Shown: one piece after another, positions 1-10,311 of the stretch | How the letters are laid out: every line of letters begins with the position of its first letter | Numbering within the stretch: position 1 is the stretch's first letter | Source: Nitrospirota bacterium | GTDB taxonomy: Bacteria > Nitrospirota > UBA9217 | Length of the DNA stretch: 64,000 nt | Reading direction: 5' to 3' | Assembly (NCBI GenBank): GCA_963749655.1 | Contig: CAVVOB010000028.1 | Span: 224,001 to 288,000, forward strand | Position numbers and translations under genes: made by a program | Notes under the pieces: generated by a model | What the model saw: only the letters and a program-made list of their open reading frames with translations | Told to the model about the DNA's origin: nothing | Database searches by the model: none

Positions 1-213
1 GATGGCCTCGCCGGTCTGGGGGTTCCGGCCCATGCGGGCCTTGCGCTGCACGAGCACGAGCTTGCCGAGACCGGGAAGCGTAAAGGCATTCTTGGCTTCC
101 TTGTATGCGAGAGCCGCGATGTCCTCGAGGATCTGGAGCGCCAGTTTCTTCTTGATGTCTGCCTTCTTCGCGATGTGGTCTGCAATCTGGGACTTCGTCA
201 TGGCTTTTGCCAT
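1..213 (-). CDS. hup: HU family DNA-binding protein (3' end outside window)
   Basis: Manual translation MAKAMTKSQIADHIAKKADIKKK...LPGLGKLVLVQRKARMGRNPQTGEAI contains the HU GRNPxTG motif; AAGGAGG RBS at 221-227. Confidence 0.93.
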   Translation of the reverse strand, partial: MAKAMTKSQIADHIAKKADIKKKLALQILEDIAALAYKEAKNAFTLPGLGKLVLVQRKARMGRNPQTGEAI

Positions 214-577
214 ACATATACCTCCTTAAGATTAGAAAATGAGAAAATTTCTAACTGCACAGGGCAGATAGTCGCGTGATTCGAGGAAGAGTATACACAC
301 GCCATTTTAAAATAGCAAGTGAAATTTATCATTTTTACCGGGGTATTTTTGGGGTACCCTCTGTTCATACAGGCTGGACGCGATGAAAGTGTCCTCGCGA
401 TACGTTCGCCTCCGCGGCGCCGCCGGCTTCCGCGTTTTCGCTGAAAGGGAAGCGTGTCTCGCCTTTGCGCGCGTTCAGTTTCTCGCATGACGGTTGAGCG
501 CAGTGCGTCACCGTGCAGAAATCAGTGGAAGACGAGCGCTCCTCGTCTGCTGACGCATCACGGTGCCCGTTTTCGGG

Positions 578-605
578 TTGACTTGACCGCCGGATTTATG
601 ATAAT
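578..605 (+). promoter_or_regulatory. Putative sigma70 promoter for the small ORF
   Basis: TTGACT(578-583)-N16-GATAAT(600-605). Confidence 0.55.
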
Positions 606-652
606 TTATGCGTGCTGGTTACCGGCAACTACTCTCTTCAGGAGGCATGATC

Positions 653-778
653 ATGGCTACAAAGACAAACTTCATACTGAAAGTCCAGGACGCAAAGCTC
701 GCAGACGTCCAGAAGGCGCTCAAAGACGCCAACATCAGCGTCGTAAGCATCATGGAGATCCACAAGGAAGAAGCATAG
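653..778 (+). CDS. 41-aa small protein (not in ORF track)
   Basis: MATKTNFILKVQDAKLADVQKALKDANISVVSIMEIHKEEA*; GGAGG RBS at 641-645; promoter upstream. Confidence 0.7.
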   Translation: MATKTNFILKVQDAKLADVQKALKDANISVVSIMEIHKEEA

Positions 779-911
779 ACCGGCGCGGGAAGTATTTGCC
801 GGCACACCACTTCGCAGACGAGCGGAGGACTGAAGGGCGGCATTCCGTCGCAGCCTTATCGCAATTATCTGCTATACTCTATATTAGATCAGGCAACGGC
901 ATTCAGAGTTC

Positions 912-1175
912 ATGAAAATAACTTTAACGGATCTCGAACAGATAGCACAGGCCCTCTCGATCAGGGTGTCCTACGATGACCTCAAGACGTCGCGGGGCGG
1001 ATCATGTCGCGTCATGGAAGCCCGGCGGATCATCATCAACAAGCACCTTCTGAACAGCGAGAAGATCAACCTTCTGGCCAGGGAGCTTGGCAATTTCAAC
1101 CTCGAAGGGCTTAACATCCCGGACAGGGTCAAAAAAAAGATCGAGGAAGAATCGGTATCTCGGGCCGAAACGTAG
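912..1175 (+). CDS. Hypothetical protein, ImmA/IrrE-like fold with degenerate HExxH
   Basis: IIINKHL...LLARELG resembles the INxxL...LAHELGH pattern. Confidence 0.55.
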   Translation: MKITLTDLEQIAQALSIRVSYDDLKTSRGGSCRVMEARRIIINKHLLNSEKINLLARELGNFNLEGLNIPDRVKKKIEEESVSRAET

Positions 1176-1241
1176 GATCGACAGGGCGGCCGCCGAGAAC
1201 GTGCTCGTGTTTCGTTGCCGGTCCGGGGAAGGTTGCCGCAC

Positions 1242-1748
1242 ATGAAAAAACTCGCGATCCTGTACTGTATTGCTCTTCTTTTCCAGGGATGCACCTACGC
1301 AATATCCCGGGACATCGCCGCCCAGGCGGACAATACCATTTCCTTTAAAATGCTGCAGGACAACCCCGAGGCCTTCGCAGGCAAGCTCCTCGTACTCGGG
1401 GGAACGATCGACCAGACCCTCCAGACGAAACAAGGCACCCTGATAGAGATCATCCAGAAGCCCCTCGACTACTGGGGCAAGCCTAAGCGGACCGACCGCA
1501 GCGGCGGCCGTTTTCTTTTGCTGTCGTCCCGTCGCCTCGATGCCCTGGTGTACGCGCCCGGCCGGCAGATCACCGTTGCCGCAGAAGTGGAGGGCACGCG
1601 AAGCAGCGCTCCGAACGAAACGGATTTCAGCTATCCGATGCTTCACGTACGGGAGCTGAAACTCTGGGAGGCTGAACGGCGGGCCTCGGACGCTCCGCAG
1701 TGGACCGATCCGCTCTATGATCCCAATACCAGCCGGCACGACTGGTAG
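1242..1748 (+). CDS. Slp family outer-membrane lipoprotein
   Basis: Lipobox FQGC; GG.I, PLD, SGGRFL, GR.ITV, YP motifs. Confidence 0.85.
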   Translation: MKKLAILYCIALLFQGCTYAISRDIAAQADNTISFKMLQDNPEAFAGKLLVLGGTIDQTLQTKQGTLIEIIQKPLDYWGKPKRTDRSGGRFLLLSSRRLDALVYAPGRQITVAAEVEGTRSSAPNETDFSYPMLHVRELKLWEAERRASDAPQWTDPLYDPNTSRHDW

Positions 1749-1777
1749 CGCGACCCCGGACGTCACGGGAGGCATCC

Positions 1778-2290
1778 ATGAGCAGCACCGGACAGGTTAA
1801 ACGAATCATCGCTCTCCTTCCTCTTCTCACTGTTGTTGTACTCTGGCTTGCTGGCTGTGCGCCGTCGTTCCCGAGGGAATTGCTCGATCGGGTCGACCGG
1901 CGCGTGACGTTCAGCGAGCTCTTGCGCGACCCCGACCACTTCAAAGGAGCTCTTCTCATGCTCGGAGGCTTGATCGTCGCCTCCCGAAATGCACAGGACG
2001 GCACGGACCTCGAAATGCTCCAGGGGCCCCTGGACAGCGACGGCGCTCCCCGCGATCTTGACCGATCGGAAGGACGCTTCCTGGTCCACAGCGATAAGTT
2101 TCTGGACCCGGCGGTCTTTCACCCCGGTCGCCTGATCACGGTCATCGGAGAAGTGGCCGGCCATCGGACGATGCCCTTCGGCGAAATCACGTATCAATAC
2201 CCGGTCCTCGACGCAAAGTCCCTGCAGCTCTGGAAGCCTGATGCCGGACCGCGGTTCTTTTTCGGCATCGGCGTAACACACTCGATATAG
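1778..2290 (+). CDS. Slp family lipoprotein (tandem paralog)
   Basis: LAGC lipobox; SEGRFL, FLDP, GRLITVIG, YP motifs. Confidence 0.85.
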   Translation: MSSTGQVKRIIALLPLLTVVVLWLAGCAPSFPRELLDRVDRRVTFSELLRDPDHFKGALLMLGGLIVASRNAQDGTDLEMLQGPLDSDGAPRDLDRSEGRFLVHSDKFLDPAVFHPGRLITVIGEVAGHRTMPFGEITYQYPVLDAKSLQLWKPDAGPRFFFGIGVTHSI

Positions 2291-2365
2291 CGCGGTCTGC
2301 GACAATACAGCTCCTCCCGGCGTCCGAGTGCTGATGCCCGGGCGGCTTGCTGAAAGGATACATAC

Positions 2366-4189
2366 ATGATGACAAAACGGTCCCAAGTGGTGTTCTTCCT
2401 TGTCATGGTTTTGCTTCTCATCAGCCTCTTCCGGTTTTTTTCCGAACCGCCGTCCGAAAATATCCCTTACAGCCGCTTCAAAACGCTCGTGGCCGAAAAA
2501 AAAGTCAAGGATATCGTCATCACGCGTGACTATATCCGCGGCCTGCTCGTACCGGAAAAAACCGGTGAAAAGGAAAAATCTTTTTCCGTTGTTCGCGTCG
2601 AAGACAACGATCTCGTCAAGAACCTCGAGGCCGGCGGCGTTTCGTACCGCGGCGAAATTTCCGATAACTGGATCCGGGACTTTCTCCTGACCTGGATCCT
2701 TCCCCTCGTGGTCCTCATGGTGATCTGGAGCTTTGTCTTCCGCCGCATGGGCGGCGGCAATCCCGGAGAGACGTTCATGAGCTTCGGCAAGTCTCGCGCG
2801 AAGATCTACGGCGAGAGCGAAGTGAAGGTCACCTTCAACGATGTGGCCGGCGTGGACGAAGCTAAAGAAGAGCTCATGGAGATCATCGAGTTTCTCCGCC
2901 ATCCTGACAAGTTCACCAAGCTGGGCGGCCGCATTCCCAAGGGAGTCCTGCTTGTCGGCCCTCCGGGAACAGGTAAAACGCTCCTGTCGAAGGCCGTCGC
3001 CGGCGAAGCAAAGGTCCCCTTCTTTTCCATGTCGGGGTCCGAGTTTGTGGAAATGTTCGTCGGCGTCGGAGCATCGCGCGTCCGCGACCTGTTCCAGCAG
3101 GCGGTCCAGAAGGCGCCGTGCATCATCTTCATCGATGAGCTCGATGCTCTCGGCCGGGCGCGCGGCGTGGGCATCGCAGGCGCTCACGAAGAGCGGGAGC
3201 AGACCCTGAACCAGCTCCTTGCGGAGATGGACGGCTTTGACGCCCGCAAGGGCGTGATCATCATGGCCGCAACCAACCGCCCCGAGATCCTCGACCCCGC
3301 ACTGCTCCGGCCCGGCCGCTTCGACCGGCACGTACTGGTGGACAGGCCCAACATCAAGGACCGCGAGGACATCCTGAGGATCCACATCCGGGGCGTGAAG
3401 CTCTCAAAGGACGTGGACATTTCGGTACTTGCGGCGCGGACACCCGGCTTTGTCGGCGCCGACCTGGCGAACATCGTAAATGAGGCCGCGCTCCTGGCCG
3501 CACGCAAGAACAAAACGGAAGTGGACATGACGGACTTCGAGGCTGCCATCGACCGTATCGTCGCCGGCCTGGAAAAGAAGCGACGGGTCATGAACAAAAA
3601 GGAAAAGGAGACCGTCGCCTACCACGAATGCGGACACACCATCGTCGCGGAGCTGCTGCCGTCAACGGACCCGGTGCATCGCGTGTCCATCGTACAGCGC
3701 GGCATCGCGGCGCTCGGATACACGCTCCAGCTCCCGATCGAGGACCGCTATCTCATGACGAAGACCGAGCTGCAGGACAAACTCTGTGTCATGCTCGGCG
3801 GCCGCGTGGCAGAGGAGCTCATCTTCAAGGAATCCTCGACAGGCGCCCAAAACGACCTTCAGCGCGCAGCGGATATCGCGCGCAGCATGGTCACGGAATA
3901 CGGCATGACCGAAAAGTTCGGCCCCCTCACCTTTGCCAAGGATCGGCGCCCCCTTTTCCTCGATATCGGCATGCCGTCGGGCGCAAAGGAGTACAGCGAG
4001 GACACGGCTCGTGAGATCGACCAGGAGGTAAGACGGATCGTCGATGATGCGTACCGAAAGGTGCAGGGCCTCCTGTCTGCGAACGAGGACAAGCTGAAGC
4101 TGCTTGCCGGGGCGCTCCTGGAGAAGGAAACCATCGAGGGCGGGGAGATCCGACGAATCCTCGGATTGCCGGAGAAAAGGGGGGAATAA
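2366..4189 (+). CDS. ftsH: ATP-dependent zinc metalloprotease FtsH
   Basis: Two TM segments, [27 protein letters not shown]. Confidence 0.97.
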   Translation: MMTKRSQVVFFLVMVLLLISLFRFFSEPPSENIPYSRFKTLVAEKKVKDIVITRDYIRGLLVPEKTGEKEKSFSVVRVEDNDLVKNLEAGGVSYRGEISDNWIRDFLLTWILPLVVLMVIWSFVFRRMGGGNPGETFMSFGKSRAKIYGESEVKVTFNDVAGVDEAKEELMEIIEFLRHPDKFTKLGGRIPKGVLLVGPPGTGKTLLSKAVAGEAKVPFFSMSGSEFVEMFVGVGASRVRDLFQQAVQKAPCIIFIDELDALGRARGVGIAGAHEEREQTLNQLLAEMDGFDARKGVIIMAATNRPEILDPALLRPGRFDRHVLVDRPNIKDREDILRIHIRGVKLSKDVDISVLAARTPGFVGADLANIVNEAALLAARKNKTEVDMTDFEAAIDRIVAGLEKKRRVMNKKEKETVAYHECGHTIVAELLPSTDPVHRVSIVQRGIAALGYTLQLPIEDRYLMTKTELQDKLCVMLGGRVAEELIFKESSTGAQNDLQRAADIARSMVTEYGMTEKFGPLTFAKDRRPLFLDIGMPSGAKEYSEDTAREIDQEVRRIVDDAYRKVQGLLSANEDKLKLLAGALLEKETIEGGEIRRILGLPEKRGE

Positions 4190-4232
4190 GGAAAGACGTC
4201 AGAAACGGGAAGGTACCAGGATTGCGGGCGGC

Positions 4233-5618
4233 CTACAGGGAGAGGCGTGCATATTCCTCCTGACCGCGCACCATTTCCTTCAGCTGCAGAATCCGCTCGC
4301 GAATCTTGACGAGCTTGCTGAAACCCAGCTCGCCGACATAGGGAGTCAGCGCGATCGTGATCATCCGCGGCGTCAGTCTTTCCCGGGGGATCTTCTTGAG
4401 CACTTCCGAGACGATCTCCTTGACCCGCCTGTCGCTCAGCACATCGCCTTGCGCTGATGCGTCTGCCGCTCGCGGGGCTATCGCGGCCTCGAGCTGCTGA
4501 TACAGCGTCGTCTTGTACTGCCCGTCGATCATGCCCGTATATTCGAAATAGTCGAGCGCTTTTCGGATCTCCCGGGCCGGCGTCCCGTTCTGTCTGATGT
4601 AGTCGATAATCGCACCGGTGTCCCTCTTGAATACAGCCTCGTACGGCAGGATCCCCTTGTCCAGCACCTGCCGCCTGTCGATCACGTGCCCCACCTCGTC
4701 CGCCATGAGCCCAAGGTCTTCTTCCGTCCTGTACTTCAGCTCATCGGGATATTTTACCAGGCTGATGAGATCATCGTGAAACTCCTTCATTGCATAGGGC
4801 GTTCCGTCCCGCTTCTCCCTCCGGAACTTCTTTACCATTCTCGCGAATGCCGCCGGATCGTCATCACTTCTGTTAACCAGGAAAGTAAACTCAAGCCGGC
4901 TCAGCTCCTCGATCGGTCGGAACTTCTCGCGCCCGGTCAGGATGACCTCCACCCCGCTTCGTGCGTGGCGATACCGCATTCCCGGGAAGTCCTCTGCATC
5001 GATCCAGTTATCAGGGTTGTCGACCAGGCCGGGAATAAAGCCTAGCCTGACGAGAGCATCGATGTTCTGCTGGCCCCGAACCATGACGGTCTGGCTGCTT
5101 GTTGCCTTTTCAATGATTTCCAGAACAGTATCGAGCCTGCTCTCGCGTGACATCCGTGCTTCCTCTGCCGCCCTTTCCGCCGCCAATTTTCGTTCTTCCT
5201 GCCGATATTCATTCGCTACGTGCGTGTAGGCTTCCCGGATCACGAGGACTTCGGACACCAGTCTGCTGAGCGGCATTTCAACGGAGTTGACGAGATCGTC
5301 CATTGAGGGCAGATGCGGCGTGATGACGATCAGGGTGTCGCCTAGTTTTCCTTTTGTCTTGACGACCCTGAATAAGGACCCGTCCCTGAACTTCAGGATG
5401 TTTTTTTTCACTTTTCCGACGGCTTCATAGGAGACCGGTCCGTTCCTCCTGCCCAGGTCCCCGCCGGTCAATTCAAAAAGCACCTGGGAAAACTCTTCCG
5501 GCGTGCCTTGAATCGATCCTCCGACCGCGGCCCGATCCTTCAAAAGTTGCGCAAGCGGGTTCTGCGTGTGACCTCCGAAGAGTTTTGTCCGCATTCTTTC
5601 GAACATGTCCGAGCTCAT
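4233..5618 (-). CDS. Hypothetical protein, 461 aa
   Basis: Long ORF with AAAGGAA RBS; no family recognised. Confidence 0.7.
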   Translation of the reverse strand: MSSDMFERMRTKLFGGHTQNPLAQLLKDRAAVGGSIQGTPEEFSQVLFELTGGDLGRRNGPVSYEAVGKVKKNILKFRDGSLFRVVKTKGKLGDTLIVITPHLPSMDDLVNSVEMPLSRLVSEVLVIREAYTHVANEYRQEERKLAAERAAEEARMSRESRLDTVLEIIEKATSSQTVMVRGQQNIDALVRLGFIPGLVDNPDNWIDAEDFPGMRYRHARSGVEVILTGREKFRPIEELSRLEFTFLVNRSDDDPAAFARMVKKFRREKRDGTPYAMKEFHDDLISLVKYPDELKYRTEEDLGLMADEVGHVIDRRQVLDKGILPYEAVFKRDTGAIIDYIRQNGTPAREIRKALDYFEYTGMIDGQYKTTLYQQLEAAIAPRAADASAQGDVLSDRRVKEIVSEVLKKIPRERLTPRMITIALTPYVGELGFSKLVKIRERILQLKEMVRGQEEYARLSL

Positions 5619-5847
5619 ACTTGTTCCTTTTTACGGTGATTTTCGACAGGAAGCGCTCCGTCAGGATGTGTGACGTTCCAATGCAGCGGAGTATATCATC
5701 GGGGAATTTAGCAGAGAAGAAGTGAAAAGTCAAAAGAGAACAGGCCGGCAGCTCCCCGGGTTTTGAAATCAGGCAGCATGACGATCGGGGAGACTTATTC
5801 ATCCGGCTGTCCCAAAGACTTCAAATGGTCGTATCGCGAAGAGGGCT

Positions 5848-6147
5848 TTACCCTTTGTTCTTGTAAATGAATCCGAGCCATATCCGGTACGGACCGGGTG
5901 TACCCCACGGCACAAAGGCCACGCGGTCTCCGGGCTTGATCGAATAGCTCAAAGACTGGGTGACGCCGTTTACGATGATGACCTCGATTTCTTCCCGGGG
6001 AATTTCCAGTTTTTTCGCCAGATCGGTTCCGGTGGTCGATTGCTTGAGGTCCAGGCGCAGGGGGTCCGGCCACTTTTTTTTTCTGGCAATGCTGGCTAAA
6101 CGACCGAAGGCCCGTACTTCGATGGTTTTTTGGTTTTGTCCCGTCAT
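5848..6147 (-). CDS. MoaD/ThiS-like ubiquitin-fold protein without C-terminal GG
   Basis: IEVRAFG, IIVNG, IKPGDRVAFVP; AAGGAGG RBS. Confidence 0.75.
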   Translation of the reverse strand: MTGQNQKTIEVRAFGRLASIARKKKWPDPLRLDLKQSTTGTDLAKKLEIPREEIEVIIVNGVTQSLSYSIKPGDRVAFVPWGTPGPYRIWLGFIYKNKG

Positions 6148-6438
6148 TGGTGAGGCCTCCTTCCTCAAAGTGTCTACCGTTCTAGTATAGCAGACACCCG
6201 GAGGACGGCGGGAGAACCCGCACACGTTCGAGTTCATCTAGTTACCGGCGGTTAAAAAGTTTCCGCATAGTTACATCCCCGGCTTTAAATTAAACCCCGG
6301 TTGGACGCAGCGCAATGATCTTAATCCCAACGGATGATTGGCGCAGTGTTTGAGGCGCGGTTTTTTTTCAGCGTCCGTCAGCCTGATGATTGCACAAGCG
6401 GCGTCTTTTTGATACAATCGGGTATCGAGGGGGTGCGC

Positions 6439-6765
6439 ATGAAGAAGCTGCTTAATGCCGGAGTCGTGGTCGTGATCGCACTTATTGCACTTGTGGCTCA
6501 CGCAGAAGAGTCAACCATGATAACTACGGACGACCTGGAACGGAAATACCCGTCCGCAGGCGAGGCTGAAAACAGGGCACAGACACGGCAGAACGAAAGA
6601 ATGAGGCTCGAAAATGAATGCCCGGCGCTCAAGGAGAGCGTAGATGCCGCCCGCACGGCAGCGTACGACGATACGGACCCGCGACCTTATGCCGACAGAG
6701 CCCAGCAATATTACCGGTTGAAGTCGGCATATTCGAGCAAGTGCGGAGGAACCACGCTCTTCTGA
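6439..6765 (+). CDS. Secreted hypothetical protein
   Basis: Signal peptide MKKLLNAGVVVVIALIALVAHA; two Cys. Confidence 0.65.
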   Translation: MKKLLNAGVVVVIALIALVAHAEESTMITTDDLERKYPSAGEAENRAQTRQNERMRLENECPALKESVDAARTAAYDDTDPRPYADRAQQYYRLKSAYSSKCGGTTLF

Positions 6766-6795
6766 CCACGTTTTAATTTTGCCGGGTCGTCTTCT

Positions 6796-7215
6796 CTAGA
6801 CGCGATCGCCGGACTTCTGCTTTTTGAAATCGTTCAGCGAAACGACCTGTCTCTTGTCGCCGCCGGTCTCTTCTGCGTGCGTTGAGCCGGGCTCTTTGCC
6901 CGTATCGTTCCTGAGAAACTGCACTCCCGCTTCTGGTGAAAACACGCCGAGCAGATCGTCATGATGAATGAAAATGTCTTCCCTGCGGGCGCCGAACACG
7001 AGGACGCAGGCGATATTGCCCTCGGCGTCCCAGTCCAGCACATTGCTGGTCTTGTTGTTGAAAACCAGGACCAGCCCCTGCTTTTTCTCTTCTTCCGTAA
7101 AGCCCCGCGTCCCGATGGTTGTGTTGCCTGAGTATCTCACCAGGAGATAAACGCTTCCGAAATCATTCCAGATGTCGTAGAACAGCCGCTGCAGGTAGGC
7201 TACTTGTTTTTTCAT
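6796..7215 (-). CDS. SspB-like (ClpXP adaptor) protein
   Basis: LVLVF..LDWD..IACVLVFG..IFIH..LLGVFSPE core; C-terminal VVSLNDFKK tail. Confidence 0.55.
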   Translation of the reverse strand: MKKQVAYLQRLFYDIWNDFGSVYLLVRYSGNTTIGTRGFTEEEKKQGLVLVFNNKTSNVLDWDAEGNIACVLVFGARREDIFIHHDDLLGVFSPEAGVQFLRNDTGKEPGSTHAEETGGDKRQVVSLNDFKKQKSGDRV

Positions 7216-7372
7216 GGCGGTGTAAAGCAAAACTCCTTGCCGAAAAACGTATCGTCTTCGAGCATGAAACGTCCGGGAACTTTCTCTGGAAAAGTGAGAG
7301 ATCCAAGACGGCGTGACTCTCGATAAGGTGTCTCAGCGCGATTGTCGCCTGTACGACGAGTTGCAGGTCTGC

Positions 7373-8047
7373 TTACTTCCTCCGCAGGAACACGACAAAG
7401 GCCCCGCTGCCGCCCTTGTCTCGCGGCGCGGGCGCGAACTCTGCGACCATGGACTTCCCCTTCTTTCTCAGCCACTCGGCAGCCGCCCCCTGCAGGACCG
7501 GTCCTTCCGGAGAATTGAGCCCTTTTCCTGTTATTACCAGGACAGCGTCCTGCTGCAGCGCGTAGGCAGCCACGACAAAGTGCTCCAGTCGAGTAAGGGC
7601 CTCGTCCCGCAGAAAACCGTGGAGATCGAGTTCATCGCTGATGCGGATCGTTCCGCGCTTCAGCTGTCTCATGCGGCTCGATGCGGACCGCTGCTCCCGG
7701 CCATCTTCTTCATCAACGGACCGCTCCGCCTCTTTCATGGACGTCCCGATTTTCCGCATTGCCTGGAGAAAGAGCTGCCCCTCGTCACGGGTCGGAGGAA
7801 TCGCAGGTTCAGCCTGCAATGTCTCGGCCTGTCTCGCACGAGGTCCCTCGCCGGCCCCTATCCTTCTGGCTCCCGACATGGCCTTCAGAAAAAGCTCGCT
7901 GTCGTCTTCGTGGGAGGTTTCCTGCCTGCGGAGAGGAGCCCGTTTTTCTTCCTTTTTCCCGGATTGCGGTTTAAATCCCTTGAGGGACCGGAATGGCGTA
8001 TTCCTGAAATCTCCGGCCGGCTGATCGTCGGTTTTCTTTTTTTTCAT
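7373..8047 (-). CDS. Smr/MutS2 domain protein
   Basis: LDLHG, VITGKG.NS, GGSGAFVVFL. Confidence 0.9.
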   Translation of the reverse strand: MKKKKTDDQPAGDFRNTPFRSLKGFKPQSGKKEEKRAPLRRQETSHEDDSELFLKAMSGARRIGAGEGPRARQAETLQAEPAIPPTRDEGQLFLQAMRKIGTSMKEAERSVDEEDGREQRSASSRMRQLKRGTIRISDELDLHGFLRDEALTRLEHFVVAAYALQQDAVLVITGKGLNSPEGPVLQGAAAEWLRKKGKSMVAEFAPAPRDKGGSGAFVVFLRRK

Positions 8048-8228
8048 AGCTGATGCATTTTTGTCATGCCGCTGAATCCCTTTATTAATTCAGTTCGAAC
8101 AAGCCTCTCAATTTCTGCGTGCACTGCGAATACTGCGGGAAATAACGGGGTACCCCGGGACGATGTTCAGAGACTGCACAAAACGGCAAGCGTTCTCCTC
8201 CGGCTTGTGCGATCTCTTTTGCATCCGG

Positions 8229-9461
8229 CTAATGATCCGGATAGCGTTCGCTGATGCTGCGAATCGTATCAAGGCAGGAAAAAAGCGTATCGACCATTTC
8301 GGGATCGAAGTGCGTTCCCGAACAGGACCGCAGCTCCTCCAGGACGCGCGCCTCGTCCCATCGTTCTTTGTATGTCCTGCGCGACCCGAGCGCGTCGTAT
8401 ACGTCGGCGAGGGAGACGACCCTGCCGAATACCGGTATCTCCTCGCCTTTTCTGGGGCGCGGCGATCCGTCGCTGTTTCCTGTGCCCGGGACGGCGCTTC
8501 CGTCCGCGACATTGACGTTACCCGGATAACCGGTCCCGTCCCATTTCTCATGGTGCGTAAGAGCGACGACGGCTGCGGCCTCGTCGAACTCCGAGTAGCG
8601 GTCGGAAAAAAGCCGCGCGCCCATTATGGTATGCTGCTTCATTGCTTCACGCTCCGCGTCATCGAGACGCCCGGGTTTCTTCAGGATCGCATCGGAGACC
8701 GCCACCTTGCCCACATCGTGGAGCATCGCCGCCATGCGGAGGATGTCCCGGTTCTTGTCGATCTCGGCAGCGGGGATGCCGCGCCTCGCGGCCCACGACT
8801 CGTAAATTGCGACGGTATAGGCGGCGACGCGGTTCACATGAGCGCCCGTCTCCTTGGGATCGCGCAGCTCGGCCATCTTGATGGTCCGCAGGATCATGGC
8901 CCGCGTCATTTGCGCGCGTTCGATAGCCACGGCGGCCATGTTCGCGAAATGCATGATGATCGGCTCGTCTCGTTTCGAGAAGGGGACTGCTTTTCCGGCG
9001 GAATTCATCGCGTTGATCAGCTGAAGCACGCCTGCGGTTTCACCGCGGTTGTTCTTGAGGGGGAACGTCAGCATGGAACGGGTGCGGTACCCGGAAAGGT
9101 CGTCGTAGGTCCGGTTGAATGCGTAGGGAAGCCCGGAGCGCAGTTTGTAGGCATCAGGGATGTTCAGGGGCTCGCCGGTGTTGCCCACATAGCCGGCGAT
9201 CGTCTTATTGTTGATGGGTATGGAGAAAGTCGAGTAAATGAGTTTCCTGCCCGGAGGAAGCCTTTTCTGCTGCGTTTCGTTCTGGGTGTAGCTGAATTTC
9301 AGCTGATCGCCTTCCCTGACGTAGATCGAACCTGCGTCGGCGCGGACAAGGCTGCGCGCTTCCTGAAGGAGCCGTTCCAGGAGCACGTCAACATCCTTGA
9401 TTTCCGTGAGCTCCACGCCCAGGGTCATGACCCGGTCGAGTTTCTGTCGTTCGCTCACCAT
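8229..9461 (-). CDS. GAF + HD-GYP cyclic-dinucleotide phosphodiesterase
   Basis: ETGAHVNRV, HDVGK, HHEKWDGTGYP, ADVYDAL; GAF motif YRTRSML..PL; start chosen from promoter position. Confidence 0.9.
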   Translation of the reverse strand: MVSERQKLDRVMTLGVELTEIKDVDVLLERLLQEARSLVRADAGSIYVREGDQLKFSYTQNETQQKRLPPGRKLIYSTFSIPINNKTIAGYVGNTGEPLNIPDAYKLRSGLPYAFNRTYDDLSGYRTRSMLTFPLKNNRGETAGVLQLINAMNSAGKAVPFSKRDEPIIMHFANMAAVAIERAQMTRAMILRTIKMAELRDPKETGAHVNRVAAYTVAIYESWAARRGIPAAEIDKNRDILRMAAMLHDVGKVAVSDAILKKPGRLDDAEREAMKQHTIMGARLFSDRYSEFDEAAAVVALTHHEKWDGTGYPGNVNVADGSAVPGTGNSDGSPRPRKGEEIPVFGRVVSLADVYDALGSRRTYKERWDEARVLEELRSCSGTHFDPEMVDTLFSCLDTIRSISERYPDH

Positions 9462-9637
9462 GGAGGATATTAGCAACATCCGCCCTGTTTTGTCAATCCG
9501 GGAGTCGGGGCAGGGCGCCGGGTTAATTAGTAATTGACTCACTTGTGCTTTTTTGATATAGTAGAACACTAAATTTCGTAAAGCACCGTCGGGCTCTGAG
9601 CGGATGATAAACCGCCGGACCGGGGACAGAGGTTGTA

Positions 9638-10009
9638 ATGATGGTAACTGATTCCAAATTGCTGACAATCAAGAAAAAACTCCTGAAGCAGCGTCAGGAT
9701 CTTCTTTCCGAAGCCGAGCATACTCTGAACAACAAGCTCAGCACGGAGAAGGAAAGTTTTCCGGACCCAACCGACCAGGCAGTGGCCGAGCTGGACAACA
9801 ACTTCCTGCTCAGATTGCGCGGACGGGAGCAGAAGCTTCTGAAAAAGATCGACGAGGCGATAGCGAGGATAGACGGCGGCACCTACGGCGTCTGCGAATC
9901 CTGCGGCGGACCCATCGGTCCGAAGCGCCTGGAAGCCCGCCCCGTGACCACGCTCTGCATCGAGTGCAAGACGCAGCAGGAAGAAGAGGAAAAGCGGACC
10001 GCTGACTGA
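9638..10009 (+). CDS. dksA: RNA polymerase-binding protein DksA
   Basis: DPTDQA, YGVCESCG, RLEARP.TTLCIECK. Confidence 0.93.
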   Translation: MMVTDSKLLTIKKKLLKQRQDLLSEAEHTLNNKLSTEKESFPDPTDQAVAELDNNFLLRLRGREQKLLKKIDEAIARIDGGTYGVCESCGGPIGPKRLEARPVTTLCIECKTQQEEEEKRTAD

Positions 10010-10043
10010 CCTCTCTTGTCCGCAGTACCTGATTCACGAAATG

Positions 10044-10079
10044 AAAAGGGATCAACCGTATATTCGGCTGATCCCTTTT
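10044..10079. terminator. Bidirectional intrinsic terminator (dksA and original tRNA 3' end)
   Basis: AAAAGGGATCAACCG-TATATT-CGGCTGATCCCTTTT. Confidence 0.8.
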
Positions 10080-10088
10080 ATATTCTTC

Positions 10089-10117
10089 ATGGTGGGCGCT
10101 ACTGGAATTGAACCAGT
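10089..10117. repeat. att site: duplicated 3' end of tRNA-Val
   Basis: 29-bp direct repeat of 13664-13692 with one mismatch. Confidence 0.93.
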
Positions 10118-10311
10118 AGAACCCTCTTCTGAAAGTGTCCCTCCCCGATTAAGAAGAATAATAAATCAAAGACATAGTGTTTCAAAACAATCCGAGTGTT
10201 GCAAAAATTCATCGGACAAGACTCGGACAAAGAGAAACCAACCCGAGGGGAATAGTCTAGGGCAATATCAATTCTCAAACTGGCCAGCTTGGTACACTGA
10301 TTTAAGTGCGG

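Noticed and set aside
500-566. Overlapping inverted repeats between HU and the small ORF as a possible ncRNA
   Set aside because: Short 6-8 bp stems in GC-rich DNA, no recognisable family
1763-3385. Long antisense ORFs (also 8163-9473, 20623-21900, 25496-26803, 51025-52542, 52539-54020)
   Set aside because: Shadow frames of real GC-rich genes, with no motifs of their own
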